A model generated the notes under the pieces. It saw nothing but the letters and a program-made list of their open reading frames with translations, did no database searches and was not told the DNA's origin. Of a DNA stretch of 64,000 nucleotides, positions 39,526 to 50,071 are shown piece after piece (the stretch's first letter is position 1; every line of letters starts with the position of its first letter). The DNA lies in assembly GCA_964626665.1 (NCBI GenBank), contig CAZVGK010000003.1:1-64000 (forward strand), read 5' to 3'. The position numbers were made by a program, and so were the translations under genes. The stretch is from an uncultured Gemmatimonadota bacterium. GTDB lineage: Bacteria > SM23-81 > DAOVCL01.

Positions 39526-40838
39526 CTACTTCCCCTATATCTGAGATAATTGGCCATAGACCTTGAGGATTCATCGATCCCGGTGGCCAACCAAAGGCCA
39601 ACCAACCCTAAGCCCCAGAGAAAGCCCAGGGCCCAGGCCCCAAATATCTCAAAGGCCAGGACCCCAACTGTGGTCAGTATCATTAACCACCTTATATCTC
39701 CTGCCCCCCGCAAACTTCCGGATATGACGATATTCAGAGCCTTGGGCACCTGGATCACCGCCACCAGACCCAGAACCAGGACCCCTAAGTGGATCACCCG
39801 GGGATCTGAGGTAAAAAGATACATTATAGGTCTGGCCAAAAAGAAGAGAACCGCAGCAACTACCACCACAGTAAAGAAGACAATACGACTGGAGATGGTC
39901 CCCACCCTTCTGGCCCTTTCCTCTTGATTAGCTCCCAGGCTCTTGCCGGTGAGAGTCATTGCGCCCATTCCTATCCCCTGATAGAGCATAGAGATAACCG
40001 CCTGCAGCCTTAAGAGCACCTGATGGGTAGCCAAGGCCACCGTGCTTATCCGAGCAGCATAGCTCATCACGAACATTTGGCCGGTAACCCAGACCATCTG
40101 CTCCAAGGTGATGGGGGCCCCCATAAGAAAAAGCTGGCGAGAACTTCTCAGGTTGAACCTCTTTAAATCCCTCATTCTCAGGGAGAGAACGGAGCGATGG
40201 GACAAGAGAAGGGTAAGGGTGATGGCAAACCCAATGCTGTGTGCTATCCCTGTGGCCAGGGCCGCTCCCTTCACTTCCAAACGGGGAAAACCAAAGAGCC
40301 CGTAGATCAAAAGGGTGGTCAGAACTGCATTTATTCCATTTACCGCCAGGCTCACCATCATAGAGAGATGGGTATCCCCTGCTCCGCGCAGAATCCCCAC
40401 GGAGACAAAGTTGACAATGATCAAAGGCCCAAAACAGGCGATAATCCTCAGATAGCCAATACCCTGGGAAGCAGCCTGTGGCTCGGCCCCTAAGAGGGTC
40501 TTAAAGATCAAGGGAGCTGCAAAATACCAAAGCGCCGCAATCCCCAAGGAGGCTAAACCACTCATCATTACAGATTGCCCTAAAAAGTGGTTGGCTTCTT
40601 CTACTCTCCCTGCTCCCAGGTATTGACTAACGATTATCGAGCTGCCCATAACAAAAGTGAGCAGGAGAGTGGAGGTGAAGATAACCACTTGGGCAGCCAT
40701 TCCCACTCCAGCTAAAGCTGCAGCTCCCAGATGCCCCACCAACATAGCTTCTATCATCCACATCAGCGTCTGGGAGGAGAGGTCAACCATCGCGGGGAGG
40801 GATGTCTTGAGCAGGACTTTCAGGGGTGAACCGGGCAA
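39495..40838 (-). CDS. MATE family transporter
   Basis: 12-TM pattern, SQYLGA, RGAGDT, GAALAT, LRGAGD. Confidence 0.88.
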   Translation of the reverse strand: MPGSPLKVLLKTSLPAMVDLSSQTLMWMIEAMLVGHLGAAALAGVGMAAQVVIFTSTLLLTFVMGSSIIVSQYLGAGRVEEANHFLGQSVMMSGLASLGIAALWYFAAPLIFKTLLGAEPQAASQGIGYLRIIACFGPLIIVNFVSVGILRGAGDTHLSMMVSLAVNGINAVLTTLLIYGLFGFPRLEVKGAALATGIAHSIGFAITLTLLLSHRSVLSLRMRDLKRFNLRSSRQLFLMGAPITLEQMVWVTGQMFVMSYAARISTVALATHQVLLRLQAVISMLYQGIGMGAMTLTGKSLGANQEERARRVGTISSRIVFFTVVVVAAVLFFLARPIMYLFTSDPRVIHLGVLVLGLVAVIQVPKALNIVISGSLRGAGDIRWLMILTTVGVLAFEIFGAWALGFLWGLGLVGLWLATGIDESSRSMANYLRYRGSRWGKEQPTQV

Positions 40839-40865
40839 CGAACAGGCCTTTCAGTCATATAAAAT

Positions 40866-40891
40866 TTTGAGGTGGCCTGGGCCACCTCAAA
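40866..40891 (-). terminator. hairpin after ino1
   Basis: TTTGAGGTGGCC / GGCCACCTCAAA inverted repeat. Confidence 0.55.
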
Positions 40892-40896
40892 TTCCC

Positions 40897-42024
40897 TTAG
40901 TTCCCCACCGCCGGGGTTCCTTTGCCTCGAGGAGCTGGCTTTGCCTTCTTAGGGGCAGTTCCCTTGATAAACTCCTCCACCATTTCCCTGGCCTGTGAAT
41001 CGGTAAACTGCTTGGGAGGGGATTTCATAAAATAGCTGGAAGGTTCAATAACCTCCCCAGCTATACCATTGTCCATTGCCAATTTACAACATCTCACCGC
41101 ATCGATGACTACCCCAGCGGAATTGGGGGAATCCCAAACCTCCAATTTGAGTTCCAGATTCAAGGGGACATCTCCAAAAGTTCTTCCCTCCAGCCTAATA
41201 TAGGCCCATTTCCTATCCTTCAGCCAGGCCACATAGTCGCTGGGCCCTATGTGGACATTCTCCGCTCCCATATCATAGTCCAATTGGGAGGTTACTGCAT
41301 TTGTCTTGCTTATTCTCTTTGACTCTAACCTCGATCTCTCCAACATATTGAGGAAATCTGTGTTCCCTCCCACATTCAACTGGCTGGTCCGCTCCAGCCT
41401 CACCCCCCTCTCCCGGAAGAGCCTGGTCAGGACCCGGTGGGCAATGGTGGCACCTACCTGCGATTTTATATCGTCACCGATAACCGGCAGTCCCCTTTCC
41501 CTGAACCTCCCTTGCCAATATTCCTCCCTGGCAATAAATACGGGAATGCAATTAACCAGACCACATCCCGCCTCCAGCATCTGCTCCACATACCACTTGG
41601 TCGCCTCCTCGCTACCCACTGGGAGGTAGTTAACCACTACATCTGTCTTGGTTTCCTTCAATATGCTTACTATATCCGCGGTGGGGCCAGGTGCCTTCTC
41701 AATGATCTGGGAGAGATACTCCCCCAAACCGTCATGAGTCATCCCTCTCTCCACCTTCACCCCTAATTTGGGGACATCCATAAACTTATAGGTACAGTTG
41801 GGTTTGGCGTAGATCGCCTCAGAAAGATCCTTGCCCACCTTGTTCTTGTCAATATCAAAGGCGGCAGAAAACTCTATGTCCCTGATGTGGAAACCACCTA
41901 AATTAACATGCATCAGACCGGGAACAAACTCGTTCTCCTTGGCGTTTTTGTAAAATTCTACCCCTTGCACGAAGGAAGAGGCACAATTACCTACACCGAT
42001 TATGGCTACCCGAACCTTTCCCAT
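40897..42024 (-). CDS. ino1: myo-inositol-1-phosphate synthase
   Basis: [42 protein letters not shown]. Confidence 0.95.
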   Translation of the reverse strand: MGKVRVAIIGVGNCASSFVQGVEFYKNAKENEFVPGLMHVNLGGFHIRDIEFSAAFDIDKNKVGKDLSEAIYAKPNCTYKFMDVPKLGVKVERGMTHDGLGEYLSQIIEKAPGPTADIVSILKETKTDVVVNYLPVGSEEATKWYVEQMLEAGCGLVNCIPVFIAREEYWQGRFRERGLPVIGDDIKSQVGATIAHRVLTRLFRERGVRLERTSQLNVGGNTDFLNMLERSRLESKRISKTNAVTSQLDYDMGAENVHIGPSDYVAWLKDRKWAYIRLEGRTFGDVPLNLELKLEVWDSPNSAGVVIDAVRCCKLAMDNGIAGEVIEPSSYFMKSPPKQFTDSQAREMVEEFIKGTAPKKAKPAPRGKGTPAVGN

Positions 42025-42403
42025 ATCTTTACCCCCTTTCTCAAACGGACAAAGTTTTCAACCTATACTTCCAAAATCATAGCTAATCCCGATCTGTATC
42101 CAGGTCACCGTTCAGTCAAAAGGAGAAAACCAGCTGGCTTTATAAAGCAAGATCTTAAAATTTATGTCATGGTTTGCAGCCAGCAATGGTAAATTGTTCA
42201 CCCCATTAGATAATCTTATATCTAATGGGGCAAGGATTGAAAATTGAAAAAGGCAAAACAAAAGGCGAGATGTAGGCTTAACGAGGTGGAAGCAAAGGTA
42301 ATTTTTACTTTTGCACTTTGCATTTTTCAATTTGAAATTCGAAGCTTCGCCCAGTTTATACTGCCATAGCTTGACGGTTTGAGGCGAAGCTTCGCTAGAT
42401 AGG

Positions 42404-43030
42404 TTATCTATCCTTCTCCACCCTCTCCTCCATTGTCTTCCTGAAGTGAAGCACCCTCTGAATTACGGTTATATTGGCAAAAATGGCTATAATCCATAAG
42501 GCTAACCTAAGAAAGAGATGTGCAGTATAGGGAATGCTTCCCAACATTGCCCCCACGCTCAAATAGGTCATCCTCTCCTCCCTCTTGAACATCCCCACCT
42601 TACACTCAATTCCGAACCCCTCAGACCTGGCCCTCACATAGCTCACCAAGAAGGATCCTATCAGACCCAGAATGACAACCCAGAGAAGATGGGAAGACCG
42701 CCAATAGAGGGCCAAACCAAGGAAGATAAACCCCTCGGAATATCTATCCACAGTTGAATCTAACAGGGCACCAAACTTTGATGCCTGATTGGTTCCGCGG
42801 GCCAGCTTTCCGTCTAAAAGATCACATACCCCGGCCAAGCCAACAAACAGCCCCCCCCAAAAGAACCTTCCTATACAAAAGAAGTAAGCGGCGAAAAGGC
42901 TAAAAAGAAGGCCGAGGAAGGTGAGTATGTTGGGGTGGATCCCCAACTTCTCCAAGAATCTGCCTATAGGCTCCAAGAACTTAAGAAAATCCCTTTTGAC
43001 CCCTTCACTCAGAAAGCTAAATTCAGCCAT
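42404..43030 (-). CDS. CDP-alcohol phosphatidyltransferase (phosphatidylinositol-phosphate synthase-like)
   Basis: HPN.LT, D.LDG.LAR...S.FGA.LDS..DR, VSYVRAR.E; upstream of ino1. Confidence 0.85.
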   Translation of the reverse strand: MAEFSFLSEGVKRDFLKFLEPIGRFLEKLGIHPNILTFLGLLFSLFAAYFFCIGRFFWGGLFVGLAGVCDLLDGKLARGTNQASKFGALLDSTVDRYSEGFIFLGLALYWRSSHLLWVVILGLIGSFLVSYVRARSEGFGIECKVGMFKREERMTYLSVGAMLGSIPYTAHLFLRLALWIIAIFANITVIQRVLHFRKTMEERVEKDR

Positions 43031-43430
43031 ACTACCTGCCTTTTAAAATTTTAACCCTCAAAAATACCATCTCATAATTGGCTTGTCAAGGGAAAAGCTC
43101 AATCCTTCCCATAATTACAGTTTATCAATAGATCAGCTAACGAAGCCTCGAATGTAGAATGAAGAATTGGGAAGAAAAGAACTATTGGCCGCCCGAGGGT
43201 AAGCAATGGAATTGCCCAGCCAGCTCCCCGTGCTCTTGGTGGATGTTATCATCCACAAAATCTTTCCCAGGAAAGGAGCTATACCTGCACAGGAAGATAA
43301 CTCCCGAAACTCATCTACTTTTGTCTGTTGACTCTAACCATTGTGAACCGTTACAGAGGGGAATTTTTCCCCTTGACAGGGGCGGTGGAAAAGAATATCT
43401 TAAGTCACCACAAATCAATGGGGAGAGATT

Positions 43431-44372
43431 ATGAAAAGTAAAATGATTACATTTGGGGGTTTAGTTTGCCTGCTTCTGCTTAGTGGGATAGCGCAGGGAA
43501 TTAACGATAAGGCGGGCACATCTGCCTATCAATTTCTCAAAATTGGCCAGGGGGCAAGGGCAGTTGCTATGGGGGGGGCCTTCACTGGCTTGGCCGATGA
43601 TGAAAATGGCCTCTACTGGAATCCCGCGGGCCTGGTTCAGGCAAAAGGCAAAATAGCCACTTTCTCCTACAACAATTATTTGGCAGATATTCAATCTGGC
43701 TTTTTAGGCTACCTTTCCCCCTATGGGGAGGCTGATGCCTTAGGCATAAGCCTCCTCTATATGAACTATGGCGAGATGGACAGGATGGATGAGGAAGGAA
43801 TAAAACAAGGAACATTTGGGGCCAGCGATATGGCCTTCTCCCTAAGCTATGCCAAACCCATTAAAGATCGCCTATCTGTAGGGATAAACGGGAAGATAAT
43901 CTATGAGAGGATAGAGGACTACCGATCAGATAGTTATGCCATAGATTTAGGAGGCCTCTACAGGTTGGCCTCAGGGAAGACCCGGTTTGGCCTGATGGTG
44001 CAGAACTTAGGATTTCAAAGATCTGGCCTGACATCCGCACACAAGGATCCCTTGCCTACCACCCTGCGACTGGGCCTCTCTCACCGGCTTAAAGGTTTGC
44101 CCCTATTAGTTGATCTGGACCTGGCCAAGCCCTGGGACAACGATCTCTACTTCTCCCTGGGAGGAGAACTCTATTCCCTGAGGCCCTTAATTCTCAGGTT
44201 CGGTTACAATTATCAGAAAAGTAAAGCTGATGGGTCAAGTGGAGATAAATTAGCCGGTGGCTCCTGGGGATTGGGAATCCGCTGGAGGAGGTTCCGATTT
44301 GACTATGCCTATGTCTTCTCCTTTGCCTGCTTAGGGGGGAACCACAGGTTTTCCATCTCAAAAAGCCTTTAG
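43431..44372 (+). CDS. PorV/PorQ family outer-membrane protein
   Basis: FLKIGQGARAVAMGGA, LYWNPAGL, FDYAY, HRFSI; TTGACA-17-TATCTT promoter at ~43373. Confidence 0.85.
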   Translation: MKSKMITFGGLVCLLLLSGIAQGINDKAGTSAYQFLKIGQGARAVAMGGAFTGLADDENGLYWNPAGLVQAKGKIATFSYNNYLADIQSGFLGYLSPYGEADALGISLLYMNYGEMDRMDEEGIKQGTFGASDMAFSLSYAKPIKDRLSVGINGKIIYERIEDYRSDSYAIDLGGLYRLASGKTRFGLMVQNLGFQRSGLTSAHKDPLPTTLRLGLSHRLKGLPLLVDLDLAKPWDNDLYFSLGGELYSLRPLILRFGYNYQKSKADGSSGDKLAGGSWGLGIRWRRFRFDYAYVFSFACLGGNHRFSISKSL

Positions 44373-44381
44373 GGAGGGAAG

Positions 44382-44684
44382 TTGCTTAAGGAGGAGCTAA
44401 TCTGGCAAGCCCTCCAGAATGTCCTGGATCCGGAGATCGGGTTGAGTGTGGTGGATATGGGCCTGATCTATGAGGTAAAGGTAAAAGATGAGGGCAAGGT
44501 CTATGTAAAGATGACTCTCACCGTCCCTGGCTGTCCAATGCACGCCCTTATCGCCCAAAATGTGAAGAACGAAGTGGAAAGATTAAATGAGGTCAATGAG
44601 GCTGAAGTCGAGGTCACCTTTGATCCTCCTTGGACACCGGAGAGGATGTCCCAGGCCCTGAAGAAGAGATTTGGTTACGCATAA
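44382..44684 (+). CDS. metal-sulfur cluster assembly factor (DUF59/SufT-like)
   Basis: DPEI..SVVDMGLIY, MTLT.PGCP, FDPPWTPERMS. Confidence 0.9.
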   Translation: MLKEELIWQALQNVLDPEIGLSVVDMGLIYEVKVKDEGKVYVKMTLTVPGCPMHALIAQNVKNEVERLNEVNEAEVEVTFDPPWTPERMSQALKKRFGYA

Positions 44685-45162
44685 ATGGTATGTTCCCTAT
44701 CTTCCCTTCTCTCCACTTAGCCCGAATCATTAACCAACCAGTAGTGGATGAACTTAATGTCTTGATTTTTAAAGATTTATGCATCGTTCTCTAGGGACAG
44801 ACCTTCAGGTCTGTCCGCTATCCTTCGGATTCCGATAGATTGGAGTCCGAAGGAATGAATTTCTGTCAGGGCAGAGCCCTGACATCACGGTAAAAATCCT
44901 GTCCTTAGAGCAAGAAGCCACCGCGATTTGAGATGCCACCTGCGAATTTATGAATAATTCAGGTTAATGGTTCGGGGTCCCTACTTTTCCCCTTTGATTA
45001 TCAGATATATACAAGAGTTAACCTAAGCGGTGCTCAGTTTAGGTCGGGCAAATGGGCCCCTAGCCAGGGCTCTACAAGTAGTGGTTCACCCATTGGGCAG
45101 TTGGGGGTGTAGTTTTTGGGGTGGGGAACATTCCGATGAGGGATACATTGGAAACTTGAAGG

Positions 45163-45363
45163 ATGAATATCGAAATTGAACTTGAGGAAAATGGTCGGTG
45201 GATAGCCGAGATTCCCGATCTTCCGGGTGTGATGACCTATGGGCAGAGTCGTGACGAAGCGATTTCAAAGATCAAAACTTTGGCCTTGCGTGTAAGGGCT
45301 GATCGATTCGAACCCAACAAGACAATTCCTGAATCGCGTGAGACCTTTGCGATACCGATATGA
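45163..45363 (+). CDS. hicB: short HicB-family antitoxin
   Basis: IEIELEENGRWIAEIPDLPGVMTYGQSRDEA. Confidence 0.85.
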   Translation: MNIEIELEENGRWIAEIPDLPGVMTYGQSRDEAISKIKTLALRVRADRFEPNKTIPESRETFAIPI

Positions 45364-45540
45364 ATCAATGGTCGTCAACCAGAGCTCACCTTGTGCTTTC
45401 CGCACTGCTGCAAATTGGCTGGACGGTCAAGCGTCAATTTGGAACATCCGGCCGAGTTCTGTCGTGACCTGGCTGGCCCGATTGTGGCTTCGCATTTCAC
45501 GGCTGAGAGTGGCAAAAAAATCACTGGTTTCGTTGGAGTA
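45360..45540 (+). pseudogene. hicA: HicA-family toxin pseudogene
   Basis: ATGA-coupled to hicB; MNQWSSTRAHLVLSALLQIGWTVKRQFGTSGRVLS*PGWPDCGFAFHG*; stop at 45465-45467, catalytic His of the GxSH motif replaced by Gly. Confidence 0.7.
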
Positions 45541-45546
45541 GTAATT

Positions 45547-46590
45547 ATGAGGAACACAGAACAACAGACGCTCTTTCCTACTGAGAAGCAGGGTCCAAAT
45601 AGTTCGCAGGCACGCAGACCAACCACTGAGCCTTTTGGCAGGCTAGATAATGATTCCTCTTTGCGTTTAAGACTTCTTCCGCTCTGTCGGCTTAATTTTG
45701 GCGATGTTTGGGAAGATCCTGTTCGTGGGCACCGCGTCGGAGTTTTGGATGTCACCAACCCAGAACACCTCAAGTATATCCTTGGTGACCTCCGACCTAC
45801 GTTGATCGTTAACGATCCGCCTTACAATGTGGCGGTGGGAAATGCAAACACAAGGAGTATCTCGAAGCAACCGCTACCGCAATACATTGAATTCTCCCGA
45901 AAATGGGTATTGAATTGTCTCGCTGTCACGGCCAGGGATTGTCACTGGTACATCTGGATTGGAGCTGATTATAAAGACGATTTCCAACCTTTACCAGATT
46001 TCATGATCATGATGCGGGAGTTTTCCCAGCTTGCGCCAAGGAATTTTATCACTTTGAGGAACCAACGAGGATACGGGACACAGAAAAACTGGATGTGGGT
46101 AAGACAAGAGCTTCTTAATTACACTCAAGGCAATCCATCTTTCTCGGTAGTATATACCGATATTCCCAAAATCCTCAAGGGTTATTATAAGACTATCAAC
46201 GGGAGACGTACTGAGAACTTGGAGAGGAGTAAATCCGAGAACATACGCCCAGGAAATGTCTGGGTCGACATTCAGCAGGTTTTCTACCGGATGGAGGAGA
46301 ATGTCCCAGGTTGTTATGCACAAAAACCACTAAAAGCCATCGAACGCCTTCTCTTGACAAGCAGCCAAAAAGGGGATGTGGTGCTGGATTGCTTTGCTCA
46401 CTCCGGCACAACATTGCTGTCCGGCGAACGAACAGGAAGACGGGTTATTACATTTGACATCGATCCAGTTTTCGCTGAATTATCGATCAGAAGACTTGAG
46501 CACTTTAGACAAACAGGCAAAACTGGATGGCAATGGCACAATCCTTTCCCTGAGATAAGGGACAAACATGACGCAGCGACAATTACGTGA
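45547..46590 (+). CDS. site-specific DNA methyltransferase (beta class, N6A/N4C); start refined to ~ATG 45547
   Basis: NDPPYN precedes QKPL and LDCFAHSGTT (motif IV before motif I). Confidence 0.88.
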   Translation: MRNTEQQTLFPTEKQGPNSSQARRPTTEPFGRLDNDSSLRLRLLPLCRLNFGDVWEDPVRGHRVGVLDVTNPEHLKYILGDLRPTLIVNDPPYNVAVGNANTRSISKQPLPQYIEFSRKWVLNCLAVTARDCHWYIWIGADYKDDFQPLPDFMIMMREFSQLAPRNFITLRNQRGYGTQKNWMWVRQELLNYTQGNPSFSVVYTDIPKILKGYYKTINGRRTENLERSKSENIRPGNVWVDIQQVFYRMEENVPGCYAQKPLKAIERLLLTSSQKGDVVLDCFAHSGTTLLSGERTGRRVITFDIDPVFAELSIRRLEHFRQTGKTGWQWHNPFPEIRDKHDAATIT

Positions 46591-47272
46591 GTACCTGAAT
46601 CGCCTTATGTCGTCTTTGCAGAAAGAGGATAGAGCTCTGTTGGATGCCCGTCTCAAAGGACTCGTTTCGGTTTTCCCCTTTAACGAGTATGAGTATATTC
46701 TCATGTTTCTCCGCGATCGATCGGTGATTACTTTCCAGGCTTATGAGGAATTAAGAGACAGCTATGTGTCCAAAAACAAATACCTCAATCTTTACGGGCT
46801 AGCACCCCGTATTTTTGGTCAGATATGGGCAGAACAGCATCTTCAGGATCTTGACAGACGTTTCAGGAAAGCTAACAAGACCGTTGATCCTGAATACGAA
46901 GGTCAGTATGATCTTTGGATCGAGGGTCTCAGAGTCGAAATAAAAGCAGCCCGTGCGATAGATACCAAGAAAAGAGGGGACCTCGTGTCAAAAGCGCTTA
47001 GATACGACTCTGATCGCCCCTTCTGGATGAATTTCCAACAGCTCAAGTTGGATATCTGTGATGTGTTTATCTTCACAGGTGTGTGGGTTGATCGAATTCT
47101 CTACTGGGTCCTTTCAAACGATGAGGTCAAAGCCAATCCGTACCTGAGTCATCAGCACCGGGGAGGTGTTGAATACCAAATCGGAATAACAAACAAGAAC
47201 ATCCGCGATTTTAACAGATTTCTCGTCCCAGGATCAAAGGTCGTTGACCGCATCCTCGAAATCGGGCGATGA
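46568..47272 (+). CDS. putative type II restriction endonuclease (PD-(D/E)XK)
   Basis: QYDLW...VEIKAAR, NFQQLK, CDVF; overlaps the MTase stop. Confidence 0.7.
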   Translation: MTQRQLREYLNRLMSSLQKEDRALLDARLKGLVSVFPFNEYEYILMFLRDRSVITFQAYEELRDSYVSKNKYLNLYGLAPRIFGQIWAEQHLQDLDRRFRKANKTVDPEYEGQYDLWIEGLRVEIKAARAIDTKKRGDLVSKALRYDSDRPFWMNFQQLKLDICDVFIFTGVWVDRILYWVLSNDEVKANPYLSHQHRGGVEYQIGITNKNIRDFNRFLVPGSKVVDRILEIGR

Positions 47273-47436
47273 CTATTATAATCATAACTGCACTGCAAAA
47301 AGGCCGAAAATTTGGGTAGTCGCAACCTTTAGGTTGCGTAAGTGGTTGATTTATCCAACTCCTTTTCGCGGGCTAAAGCCTGCGACTACCGATTCTATGG
47401 TTCTTGCAATAAAGTCAATCACTTGATATCAAAACA

Positions 47437-47573
47437 ATCCAACAGGGCGCTGCATTGGGCGGCAATTCCGCTAGGCGCCACAGTTGGTGCCGATCAGGCG
47501 TTCAGTTGGCCTAACAAAGGGCTCCAGCCAACGTTGAGGATGGCGCAGCTCAACCTTAAAGTGGCCGTTAAAT
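47437..47573 (+). other. two tandem degenerate attC-like sites
   Basis: ATCCAAC-agggc-GCTGCA...GGCAATTCCGCT; GCCTAAC-aaagg-GCTCCAGCC...GTTGAG/CTCAAC...GTTAAAT. Confidence 0.55.
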
Positions 47574-47681
47574 GCTTTTATTTTGGGTGGCGGAACCCCG
47601 TTTTGCCACCCAATTTTTTGGGCCGTCAGATGAGCGAAGCTGACGGCTCGTGAGGTTAGGATAGAAAGGAGGCAAAATTTT

Positions 47682-48296
47682 ATGGAAATATACGCTGCAA
47701 TAATGACACTTGCTTTTGTGGGATTCTTCCTTACCACACTGACTCAGTCCCACAAAATTGAGAAGTTCCAGGAGATTGATGTTGAACGGATTAACATCGT
47801 CGGTGGTCAGGGCAGGAAACATCTGGTTATCTCGAACCCTGAGAGATGCCCTGATCCAGTGGTCAATGGTAAGGAATTGAAGGGTATGAGGAGCATAAAA
47901 CCTTCGGGGTTGATCTTCTACGATGCGAAAGGCAACGAAGTCGGCGGGTTAGCAACAGCGCAAACCGCGGGTGGGAAAATTTCCTTGATAGCTTTCGACT
48001 GGGCGATGGCGGAGGCTATCGGTTTTAACCGTTGGGAGAGCGATGACGGCAAAAAGCATTCAGCTTCGTTTCTGATCCTCGACCCACCACCACCGGGGGT
48101 GAAAATAGAGGAGGCAGCAAGCAAACAAAAGACTCGCGTCATCATTGAGGATGACAACAAGGATGCCCGAATTATCCTCTCCGATGCCGAAGGCAAAGAG
48201 CGCATCAAACTATTGGTTGATCGGAAAGGAGAGGCGAGCATACAAATCCTCGACAAAAGCGGGAAGGTGGTTTTCAGAGCCCCGAAAGAGGAGTAA
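47682..48296 (+). CDS. hypothetical membrane-anchored protein with cassette-like boundaries
   Basis: strong SD AAAGGAGG; N-terminal hydrophobic segment; flanked by GTTAGGAT (47655) and ATCCTAAC (48296). Confidence 0.75.
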   Translation: MEIYAAIMTLAFVGFFLTTLTQSHKIEKFQEIDVERINIVGGQGRKHLVISNPERCPDPVVNGKELKGMRSIKPSGLIFYDAKGNEVGGLATAQTAGGKISLIAFDWAMAEAIGFNRWESDDGKKHSASFLILDPPPPGVKIEEAASKQKTRVIIEDDNKDARIILSDAEGKERIKLLVDRKGEASIQILDKSGKVVFRAPKEE

Positions 48297-48641
48297 TCCT
48301 AACGGAGCAGGTGCACAACCAAAAAATCATTGGGCATCGTTACTCGTAGCTCGTTTCTCGTTATCCCCAAACCCTATACTTCTACCCTCGCTGAAACGGG
48401 GGGTAAGAGGACCTTAGCCCTCAATAAAAAGGGCCTAAAGGCCCTGAACCCATACTAAAGTGCGGTAGAAACCCTCTACTCAAACTTGCCTGATAAACTT
48501 TGTCAAAAAACAAGATCTGGCCAGATTGTAGAACAGATAGAAAAAGACATCGTGGCTCGTAGGATCCGCGGGGTTTAAGTCTTTTATCATTCGTCATTTC
48601 CATCCTCAAAAGAGAGGTGGCAGAACCCCCGTTCTGCCACC

Positions 48642-50006
48642 TCAATCCCTCTTTTCATACTGGCCGTATTTGATCAGTTTCTCCCTGAGGGTGGATCGGG
48701 AGATGCCCAAGCGACGAGCGGCCAATGACTTATTCCCACCTGTATCCTGGAGCACATTTAGTATGTGCATCCTCTCCATCTCTTCCAGGCTGTAATCGAG
48801 GCTGTATTGAGTAAGGGGTTCCTCAGCCTCTTTCCCCCTCACCTCCCAGGGGAGATGCTGGGGCAAAACCTCCTCGCCATTAGCCAGAAGAACAGCCCTC
48901 TCCAGGGAGTTCTTCAGTTCCCTCACATTACCCGGCCAGTCATAGGCCTCTAAGAGGGACTCAGCCTTTGGAGAGATACTCCCAATTGTCTTCTTAAACT
49001 CCTCGTTAAAATGGCTGAGGAAAGAATAGGCCAGAGGAATAATATCATCCCTTCTCTGCCTAAGGGGAGGGATGTGAATCTCCATCACTTTGAGCCTGTA
49101 GTAAAGGTCCTCACGGAAGGTCTTCTCCCTGGTGGATTGCATAAGATCCTTGTTGGTGGCCGCTATTATCCGCACATCAACCTGCAAATCCCTGGTCCCC
49201 CCCACTCTTTTGAATGTCTGGGTCTCCAAAAACCTCAATAGTTTAGGCTGCAGGGAGAGGCTGAGGTCACCGATCTCATCCAAAAATACCGTTCCTCCAT
49301 CCGCCAACTCAAAGAGTCCCTTATGCTGGGTCTTGGCATCGGTAAAGGCCCCCTTCTCATGGCCGAAGATATGGGCCTCCATCAGGTTCTCCGGTATGGC
49401 GCTGCAGTTTAAGTCCATAAGCGGTTTGCTCGCCCGAGAACCCCTCTGGTGAATGGCATGGGCGATGAGTTCTTTCCCTGTTCCCGTCTCCCCTTGAATA
49501 AGCACTGATGTCTTGGGGGTTTGACTGACCTTGTCCACCAGCTCCAGCACCTCTTTCATCCTCCCGGACCTGGCTACAATTCCGGTCTCTGCCCACCCCT
49601 CCATTCTACTCCGTTTCAGCCTGTTCAACTCCATCTTCAACTTCTGAGTCTCCAGGCCCTTGGAGATGATTAGTTTCATCTCATCCAGTTCAAATGGTTT
49701 ATTAATGTAGTCGTAAGCCCCCATCTTCATCGCCCGCACCGCGGTCTCCACATCTGCATACCCGGTCATCACAATAGCAAGGATCATTGGGTCCAAATCT
49801 TTTATCTTCCCCATTGTCTCCAAACCATTCATTCCCGGTAGCCTAATATCCAGGATAACCAGATCCACTAACTCCTTCTCCACGGTTTGCAGGGCTTCCT
49901 CCCCACTGCTCGTGCAGAGGACATTATAGCCCTCTGCCCGCAGGGCCATCATCAGGGATGACCGCAAAGTCTCCTCATCTTCAACTATTAATACCGTAAA
50001 GCTCAT
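48642..50006 (-). CDS. sigma54-dependent response regulator (NtrC/AtoC family)
   Basis: receiver (VEDE, LDI.LP, KPF), GETGTGKE, GAFTDA, FLDEI, WPGNVREL, Fis HTH. Confidence 0.93.
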   Translation of the reverse strand: MSFTVLIVEDEETLRSSLMMALRAEGYNVLCTSSGEEALQTVEKELVDLVILDIRLPGMNGLETMGKIKDLDPMILAIVMTGYADVETAVRAMKMGAYDYINKPFELDEMKLIISKGLETQKLKMELNRLKRSRMEGWAETGIVARSGRMKEVLELVDKVSQTPKTSVLIQGETGTGKELIAHAIHQRGSRASKPLMDLNCSAIPENLMEAHIFGHEKGAFTDAKTQHKGLFELADGGTVFLDEIGDLSLSLQPKLLRFLETQTFKRVGGTRDLQVDVRIIAATNKDLMQSTREKTFREDLYYRLKVMEIHIPPLRQRRDDIIPLAYSFLSHFNEEFKKTIGSISPKAESLLEAYDWPGNVRELKNSLERAVLLANGEEVLPQHLPWEVRGKEAEEPLTQYSLDYSLEEMERMHILNVLQDTGGNKSLAARRLGISRSTLREKLIKYGQYEKRD

Positions 50007-50071
50007 CTCACCTGCCTATTTTGTAACGGTTCACAGAGGTCAGGGGTCCGTCAATTGTTGGTTGCCAGTTG

